DNA of 51,728 nt from Sulfurovum sp. GTDB lineage: Bacteria > Campylobacterota > Campylobacteria > Campylobacterales > Sulfurovaceae. The position numbers and the translations under genes are program-made. Positions 45,321 through 51,728 of this stretch are shown piece after piece; within the stretch, counting starts at the first letter, position 1; the number at the start of each line of letters is the position of its first letter. The notes under the pieces are model-generated. The model saw nothing but the letters and a program-made list of their open reading frames with translations. It was not told where the DNA came from and did not search any database. Where the stretch lies: assembly GCA_027081395.1 (NCBI GenBank), contig JALWKQ010000081.1, forward strand, positions 1 through 51,728. The letters run 5' to 3'.

Positions 45321-47444
45321 TTGGAAAAGATCATCGTAGCATTGGCAGGACAACCCAATGTCGGCAAATCCTCCCTGATCAATGCGATCTCCAACGCCAG
45401 ACTAAAAGTGGGTAATTTTTCCGGGGTGACGGTCGATAAGACAGAGGTGGAGTTTACCTATTGTGACGAAAAGGCGTGCAAAGAGTATGAGATCCATATC
45501 ATCGACCTGCCCGGTGCCTACTCTCTGACAGAGTATACGATAGAGGAGAAGGTGACCAAAAGCTTTTTGCAGAGTGATGAGTATGATGTGATCGTCAATG
45601 TCGTAGATGCGACTAATCTCCAGAGAAACCTGCTCTTTACAACCGAACTGCTTGAGACGGGCAAAAAGGTGATCGTCGTACTCAATATGATTGATGAGGC
45701 GAAGAAAGAGGGGATAGAGATCGATGCGGCACAGCTCTCCGCCATCCTCGGTGTGCCGGTCATCAAGACCAGCGCCACCACAGGGGAAGGGGTAGAAGAG
45801 CTCAAAAAAACGATCGTCGAGGTCTATGAAAAGCCCTACCAGATGCCAAAGATCGTCTACTCCGATGCGATCGAGGAGGAGATAGACCGAATCATTGGGT
45901 TCCTCGAAGAGAAGCGCTACAAGAGTGACATCCCCTACAGGTTGCTTGCGATCAAGCTGCTTCAGGAGGATGAAGAGACCTACAAAAAAATGCATGACGA
46001 GCCGATCTGGATCGAGCTGCTGCCTATTGTGAGAGAGGCACTGGAACACATCTATGTACACTATGACACCAAGGATCTCGATGAGATCTTTGCAGAGGAG
46101 CATTTCGCCTTTGCCAAGGGTGCCAAGATGGAGGTGATGTCCGTCAAGTCTATGCGGGCGAAGAGTCTGACGCAGAAGATCGACAATCTGCTGATCAACA
46201 AGTATCTCGGTATCCCGCTCTTTCTCTTTTTTATGTGGGCGCTTTTTCAACTCACCTTTGAACTGGGTGCGATCCCGATGGATTACATCGATGCGGCATT
46301 TACATGGCTGGGGGATGAAGCCAAGTTTGTCCTGGGAGACGGAGAGCTGGGATCACTGGTTGCTGACGGTATCATTGCGGGTGTCGGTGCGGTGGTGATG
46401 TTCCTGCCCAATATCGTGATCCTCTTTTTGGGGATCGCGCTGCTGGAGACGACAGGCTATATGAGCCGGGTTGCCTTTTTGCTTGACGGGTTCTTCCACA
46501 AGTTTGGGCTACACGGCAAGAGTTTTATCCCGCTGGTAACAGGATTTGGATGCTCAGTACCTGCCTATATGGCGGCACGTACTCTCAAAAACGAAAAGGA
46601 CAGGCTCATTACCCTCTTTATCATCGGATTTATGAGCTGTGGTGCCAGGCTGCCGATCTATGTGCTCTTTGCCGGGGCATTTTTCGGAGCGGAGAAAGCA
46701 GGGAATATCCTCTTTTTGATCTATATCTCCGGGGCGCTGCTTGGACTCTTGATGGCAAAGGCGTTAAAGATGTTCGTCTTCAAAGGGGAGGATGAACCTT
46801 TTGTGATGGAGATGCCAAAATACCGCTGGCCTTCATGGAAGCTGATTTGGCACACCGTCTACGGACAGGCAAAATCCTATCTGAAAAAAGCGGGTACCTA
46901 TATCCTCGGTGCCGCAGTTCTGATCTGGTTTGCCAGTAACTACCCCAAATACCCGGAACTCGAACAGCAGTATATGCAGAAGATCGAACAGGTGCAAAGC
47001 CAAGATGAGAAGAGCAAGCTGGAGAACGAGCTTAAGCTTACCCTGCTGGAAAACAGCTATCTCGGCAAGATCGGGAAAGCCTCCGAACCTTTCTTTGCAC
47101 CGCTTGGGTTTGATTGGCGTATGGCGGTAGCACTGGAGGCAGGATTGGCCGCCAAAGAGGTGGTGGTTTCAACACTGGGGGTGCTCTATGCACTCGGTGA
47201 CGGGGTAGACCCGGAGAGTCAAGGATTGCAGGCACAGATCAAAAAAAATATCTCTCTACCTGCGGCGATCGCCTTTATTGTCTTTGTGATGGTCTATCTG
47301 CCCTGTCTTGCGGCATCGATGGTCTTCGCGCAGGAGGCGGGAGGATGGAAGTATCTGGTCTATCTCTTTGTGATGACCACAGCGAGTGCATGGATACTCA
47401 GTTTCATCGCATACCGTACTACACTATGGATTACAGGAGGATAA
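45321..47444 (+). CDS. feoB: ferrous iron transporter FeoB
   Basis: GQPNVGKS, VGNFSGVTV, DLPGAYSL, LNMID, GFGCSVPA, FMSCGARLPIY, FVMEMP, YLPC; TTG start. Confidence 0.96.
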   Translation: MEKIIVALAGQPNVGKSSLINAISNARLKVGNFSGVTVDKTEVEFTYCDEKACKEYEIHIIDLPGAYSLTEYTIEEKVTKSFLQSDEYDVIVNVVDATNLQRNLLFTTELLETGKKVIVVLNMIDEAKKEGIEIDAAQLSAILGVPVIKTSATTGEGVEELKKTIVEVYEKPYQMPKIVYSDAIEEEIDRIIGFLEEKRYKSDIPYRLLAIKLLQEDEETYKKMHDEPIWIELLPIVREALEHIYVHYDTKDLDEIFAEEHFAFAKGAKMEVMSVKSMRAKSLTQKIDNLLINKYLGIPLFLFFMWALFQLTFELGAIPMDYIDAAFTWLGDEAKFVLGDGELGSLVADGIIAGVGAVVMFLPNIVILFLGIALLETTGYMSRVAFLLDGFFHKFGLHGKSFIPLVTGFGCSVPAYMAARTLKNEKDRLITLFIIGFMSCGARLPIYVLFAGAFFGAEKAGNILFLIYISGALLGLLMAKALKMFVFKGEDEPFVMEMPKYRWPSWKLIWHTVYGQAKSYLKKAGTYILGAAVLIWFASNYPKYPELEQQYMQKIEQVQSQDEKSKLENELKLTLLENSYLGKIGKASEPFFAPLGFDWRMAVALEAGLAAKEVVVSTLGVLYALGDGVDPESQGLQAQIKKNISLPAAIAFIVFVMVYLPCLAASMVFAQEAGGWKYLVYLFVMTTASAWILSFIAYRTTLWITGG

Positions 47445-47445
47445 G

Positions 47446-47673
47446 ATGGTATTGACAGAGTTACACAAAGGCGACAGTGCCGTGATCAAAAAGATACATG
47501 CGCCCAAAGCGCTCAAAGACCGCTTTCTCTCTTTTGGGGTGATGCCCGGAGAGACGTTGGTGGTCAAGGGCTGTTCACTGGCAAAGCAGACGATGGAGAT
47601 CGAGGTGGGCGGTACGCTCATTGCCTTGCGCAAAGAAGAGGCAGAGAAGATAGAAGTAGAGAAAGAGAGTTAA
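47446..47673 (+). CDS. feoA: FeoA family protein
   Basis: AGGAGG SD; RFLSFGVMPGETL, IALRKEEAEKIEV. Confidence 0.92.
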   Translation: MVLTELHKGDSAVIKKIHAPKALKDRFLSFGVMPGETLVVKGCSLAKQTMEIEVGGTLIALRKEEAEKIEVEKES

Positions 47674-48779
47674 TGATTAAAAGTATAATAAGAGCAGGAG
47701 TCTGTTCTGCTGCTCTGCATGGAAGCCAGCTTATGGCATTTGAGGGATTTGACGGCGGGTTGCGTGTTGGTTATCAGACACATCAAACAGATGAAGGTAC
47801 AAAAGCATTTTCCTATGCATCCGCATTGAGATTGCATGCAAACTACAGAGAAGAAGCGTTTGTCTCATCTATAACACTCTATGGGATAGTAGGATCAGAA
47901 GATGACGGATTTGAAGGGATCCCATTTTTGGATGAGAATCACCGTTCATTTCTGACCGTCTCTGAGGCATATTTGGGTTGGAAAACGGATCTTTACACTG
48001 TTAAGATAGGTCGACAATATATCGAGACCCCCTTTGCGGATACAGATGATATCGGGATGGTTCCTAACAGTTTTGAAGCACTGACAGCTTCATACCGTTT
48101 GAGTGATGAGATGCAGGCAGAAGTAGGATATCTCAATCAATGGAGCGGTGTGGATGCGCCGACTAGACGAAGTTTTTCCAAACTTGTCGAAAACGGAGGG
48201 GTAGGGTATATAGGGTTGCAATATGATGATAGTGCTGAGCTCTCTTGGAGTGGCTGGTATTATCGCGGCAACACGATTGTCAATGCGCTTTACACAGAGC
48301 TAAGTTGGCAACAAACGATACAAGATGTAGCGTATGATATAGGAGTACAAGCTGCCTATCTTGACCTTAAGGGTAATGGGATATCACGGGTTATCGGTTT
48401 GTCAGTTTCGCGAACTTGGTCTAACTTTGGAATAGTATCAACACTGTCGCTCAATCGTACATTTGGTGTTCCTGCAGACAATCTGTTTGGCGGAGGACCC
48501 TATTTTACAAATGTAGAGCACAACACCTTAACCGAGGCAGGTACTGAAGGAAGTGTGGGAGTTTTGAGCCTTGGATCTTCATTGGAGTTAATAGGCATAA
48601 AAGATGCAAGTGTTATTTTGTACCTGCATCGTCAGTTGAATGAGAATGTAACAGGAGAATATGATGTTGATTTTAACTACAATATAAGTGATAATATAAA
48701 TCTGCATGCTGTTTACAGTCAAGTACGTTGGCCTAGTAGTTTTGAGAACTTCCATATACTTTCAGAATATAGCTTTTAA
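47673..48779 (+). CDS. outer-membrane porin (Opr/OprD-like, Campylobacterota type)
   Basis: Signal peptide; SEAYL, KIGRQYIETPFADTDDIGMVPNSFEA; C-terminal EYSF; coupled to feoA (TAATG). Confidence 0.78.
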   Translation: MIKSIIRAGVCSAALHGSQLMAFEGFDGGLRVGYQTHQTDEGTKAFSYASALRLHANYREEAFVSSITLYGIVGSEDDGFEGIPFLDENHRSFLTVSEAYLGWKTDLYTVKIGRQYIETPFADTDDIGMVPNSFEALTASYRLSDEMQAEVGYLNQWSGVDAPTRRSFSKLVENGGVGYIGLQYDDSAELSWSGWYYRGNTIVNALYTELSWQQTIQDVAYDIGVQAAYLDLKGNGISRVIGLSVSRTWSNFGIVSTLSLNRTFGVPADNLFGGGPYFTNVEHNTLTEAGTEGSVGVLSLGSSLELIGIKDASVILYLHRQLNENVTGEYDVDFNYNISDNINLHAVYSQVRWPSSFENFHILSEYSF

Positions 48780-48857
48780 CAAATTCTAAAAATTTTAGAT
48801 ATACTTTTGTCAATAAGATGAGCCTATCGGCATCAAACTTTGTACAAAAGGTAGTCT

Positions 48858-50537
48858 ATGCTGCAATATTTAGAACACGTTTCATTTTGGCGTATTATAT
48901 GGATTGTGGGGATGTGTTGGTTCTTCGTAACGCAGAGTGCATCGGCAAAAATGTCAACACTTGAGTTTCAGGATGCGGCAGCGGAGGTGATGATCAATGC
49001 GCTGGAGACACAGCCCAAAAAGAGTTTTTTGCGGCAACTCTATACACGGCTGCTTTTTGTACCGGTCTGGGTAGACGCATCGGGGATGAGCCCCTATGCC
49101 AAAGAGCTCTTTGCCCAGATTAAGGGGGATGCCACTCTTGATAAACACGGCAAGCTTTACCGGGATGCTTTGGCATTGGAGGCAGAGGCACAAACAGTAG
49201 GGGAGTCTCTGACAGACAAGCTGACCCTGGAGTTCAAGATCTCTCAGATCTACAAAGGCTATGCGGATTATTCGATCTACGGCAGTATCAACTGGGGGGC
49301 TTTTCTTGCACGCCTTTGGAATATCAAGACCAAAGATATCCATGCCGACTGGGTGACGCACAAGCCCAAGATCGATCCTGTTATGGTACTTGAGGACACG
49401 GTCCTAAACGGCAGCTTTACCAAGGCGTTTGACAAAGCGATCCCGACGCGCTACCGCTACCGTGAATTTCAGCAGGCGCTGGCACACTATATACAGCTGC
49501 AGGAGCAGGGCGGATGGCAAAGTGTGCACTTCAAAGGAGCGCTCAAGCCCGGCAAACACTATGCCGTGATCCCCGCTATCCGCGAGCGGCTTCGTATCAC
49601 GGATGACTACCGTCCCTGCAGTGAGGAGCACAACAGCAGCAGTACACTTTATGATACTTGTCTCAAAGAGGCGGTCATCCGTTTTCAGGCACGTAACGGT
49701 CTTGCCGCATCTGGAGTGATCGGCAAAGAGACGAAGCGTGTGATGAATGTCAGCGTGGCTGACCGCATTTTGACACTGCGACTCAATCTTGATCGTATCA
49801 AATGGCTTAGAGATCCGCCTCCGGGCAAGCATGTATGGATCAATATCCCGGCATTTATGCTCTACTTTGAGGAGGATGGCAAGCTTCTGCAGCAGATCAA
49901 AGTCATCGTGGGCAAACCTGATCATCCTACACCGATATTTAGCGATACAGTCGAGGCGATCGTACTTAACCCTTACTGGAATATCCCCAAAAGCATTATC
50001 CAAAAAGAGATGATCCCAAAACTTCTGCGCAATCCTTATGCCCTGAAACGAAAAGGGATCGAGATATTTACCGGATGGGGTGCCGATGCCACACCGATCG
50101 ATCCGGCAAGTGTCAACTGGGCACAGTACCGCTACAGCAACAGCGTACCGTTTAGATTTGCACAACTGCCGGGCAGGCGCAACGCACTTGGAAAGATCAA
50201 ATTCCTCTTTCCCAACGAGTTCTCGGTCTATATGCACGACACACCGAACAAAAAGCTCTTCAAGCGTAACGTCCGGGCATTTAGTCACGGATGCGTAAGG
50301 CTCTCTCAGCCAAGAGAGCTGCTCAAGACCTTCTCAACCTTCGAGCCCAATGTGGATTTCGAAAAATCCCAGAAGATACTCAAGAGCAAAAAGAAAACCT
50401 ATATTAACCTGCCCCAAAAGATTCCGGTAGATATTACCTACCTGACAGCATGGATAGACCACAATGGCAAACTCCAATTCAGAAACGACATCTACCACTA
50501 CGACAAAATGCAACTACAAGCGTATCGGAAGTGGTGA
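48858..50537 (+). CDS. L,D-transpeptidase (YcbB/LdtD type) with peptidoglycan-binding domain
   Basis: AVIRFQARNGL..GVIG..T; WINIPAF; IVGK..TP; NPYWNIP; NALGKIKFLFPN; YMHDTP; SHGCVR. Confidence 0.93.
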   Translation: MLQYLEHVSFWRIIWIVGMCWFFVTQSASAKMSTLEFQDAAAEVMINALETQPKKSFLRQLYTRLLFVPVWVDASGMSPYAKELFAQIKGDATLDKHGKLYRDALALEAEAQTVGESLTDKLTLEFKISQIYKGYADYSIYGSINWGAFLARLWNIKTKDIHADWVTHKPKIDPVMVLEDTVLNGSFTKAFDKAIPTRYRYREFQQALAHYIQLQEQGGWQSVHFKGALKPGKHYAVIPAIRERLRITDDYRPCSEEHNSSSTLYDTCLKEAVIRFQARNGLAASGVIGKETKRVMNVSVADRILTLRLNLDRIKWLRDPPPGKHVWINIPAFMLYFEEDGKLLQQIKVIVGKPDHPTPIFSDTVEAIVLNPYWNIPKSIIQKEMIPKLLRNPYALKRKGIEIFTGWGADATPIDPASVNWAQYRYSNSVPFRFAQLPGRRNALGKIKFLFPNEFSVYMHDTPNKKLFKRNVRAFSHGCVRLSQPRELLKTFSTFEPNVDFEKSQKILKSKKKTYINLPQKIPVDITYLTAWIDHNGKLQFRNDIYHYDKMQLQAYRKW

Positions 50538-50817
50538 GTGTCTGAGAAAAGGTGAACTGCTTCACCTTTTCTCGACACGGAACCGAAGGCGATGTGCGAG
50601 GAACGAGCACCGCCGCAGGCTGGGGAACCGAAGGCGATGTTTGCAACGAAGTTGCGAACCGCCGCAGGGGAGGAGCGTTAAGCAAAGTGCAACTGCTTGC
50701 ACTTTGTAGCTCCGTACGGCGATCCGTTTATGCGAATGGAATGAGCATAGGATACGCCTGAAAAACAATGACAATCTCGCAGCGAAGCGAGGACAAACCA
50801 AAGGCGATGCTTGCAAC
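50538..50817 (+). repeat. composite array of structured repeat modules
   Basis: 13-bp hairpin with CTGC loop (50544-50573); AACCGAAGGCGATG..CGCCGCAGG at 50579-50619 and 50624-50668, partial at 50796-50817; inverted homologue of the 31.9-kb element at 50683-50762. Confidence 0.85.
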
Positions 50818-50864
50818 CAAATCATAAAATAGAGTATAATAATCCCCAAAAACAAGGCACCTTC

Positions 50865-51488
50865 GTGAACCAAACCCAAAACAGCTCTTTCCCCCATGCG
50901 ATCGTTTTGACCGGAGGGATCTCTACGGGCAAAAGTACCGTAGCGCAGATGTTTGCCGATGACGGATTTGAGATCATCGATGCAGACAGGGTGGCGCATG
51001 AGGTGCTGGAGAGCCAAAAGGAAGCCATCGCCAAAGCATTTGGCAGGGAGTTGATCCAAGGGGGACGTGTCGATCGCAAGGCATTGGGAGCGCTGATCTT
51101 TGCCGATCGCCAAAAACGCCGAGAGCTTGAAGCGATCCTGCATCCGTTGATACGTGAAGAGATCTATATGCAGGCTCAAAAGCTCGAGCTCAAGGGGCAG
51201 CCTTATATCGTAGATATCCCTCTCTTTTTTGAGACACAGGGGTATCCGATCGACAAGGTCATTGTGGTCTATGCCCCCAGAGAGATACAGTTAAAACGTT
51301 TGATGCAAAGAGATGGGTATAATATGCAAGAAGCTTTGGCGCGTATCGAAGCACAGATGCCGATCGACGAGAAGAGGGCAAAAGCGACCTATGTGATCGA
51401 CAACTCTGCGACGCTGGAGGCACTTTCCAAAGCGTACGCAAAGACCAAAGAACAGATCAAAGAGCAAATATTGAAAGGAAGCGCATGA
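50865..51488 (+). CDS. coaE: dephospho-CoA kinase
   Basis: [53 protein letters not shown]; start likely GTG 50865. Confidence 0.95.
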   Translation: MNQTQNSSFPHAIVLTGGISTGKSTVAQMFADDGFEIIDADRVAHEVLESQKEAIAKAFGRELIQGGRVDRKALGALIFADRQKRRELEAILHPLIREEIYMQAQKLELKGQPYIVDIPLFFETQGYPIDKVIVVYAPREIQLKRLMQRDGYNMQEALARIEAQMPIDEKRAKATYVIDNSATLEALSKAYAKTKEQIKEQILKGSA

Positions 51489-51728
51489 CAGTCACAAAAT
51501 ATTCGGGTAACGGTAATGACTTTATCATTTTTGTAGCACAGGAGCATGCAGACAGATCGGAGCTGGCGCGTCTGCTCTGCCACAGACAGAACGGTGTAGG
51601 GGCAGACGGCATGGTGGTGGTGCTCCCCCATCCTGACTATGATTTCGAGTGGGAGTTTTACAATGCTGACGGCAGCGATGCGGCAATGTGCGGCAACGCA
51701 TCACGCTGTGTGGCACACTTTGCCCATG
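51485..51728 (+). CDS. dapF: diaminopimelate epimerase (5' part, runs off the window)
   Basis: Manual translation [15 protein letters not shown]...[12 protein letters not shown]...[18 protein letters not shown]. Confidence 0.95.
   Translation, partial: MTVTKYSGNGNDFIIFVAQEHADRSELARLLCHRQNGVGADGMVVVLPHPDYDFEWEFYNADGSDAAMCGNASRCVAHFAH

Overview
Core-chromosome segment of a Campylobacterota bacterium, probably Sulfurovum-like (inferred from gene content and order; not confirmed by any search). Three parS palindromes suggest it lies near the replication origin. It carries mostly housekeeping genes (thyX, dgt, typA, purM, rarA, kdsD, rnj, rsmA, hisF, rlmN, purB, nrdA/nrdB, pcm, a bat/moxR cluster, feoB-feoA, an L,D-transpeptidase, coaE, dapF) and five tRNAs. 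I see no CRISPR array, transposase, integrase or phage genes. The unusual content is: (1) many structured intergenic elements, including a modular family with compensatory base changes and tandem GA/GA motifs (31.9-32.1 kb and 50.5-50.8 kb), two ERIC-like elements overlapping TAG stop codons, REP doublets, a 271-bp MITE, a 106-bp-period tandem duplication and heptamer arrays; (2) an AT-rich islet (about 3.85-6.56 kb) with a lipoprotein ending in a phosphodiester-glycosidase-like domain coupled to a small membrane protein; (3) a citrate synthase gene with a large internal deletion between nrdA and nrdB; (4) an ArfA-like BON/OmpA gene pair and a Fur-boxed feoB-feoA-porin operon. All functional calls come from motif recognition by eye.
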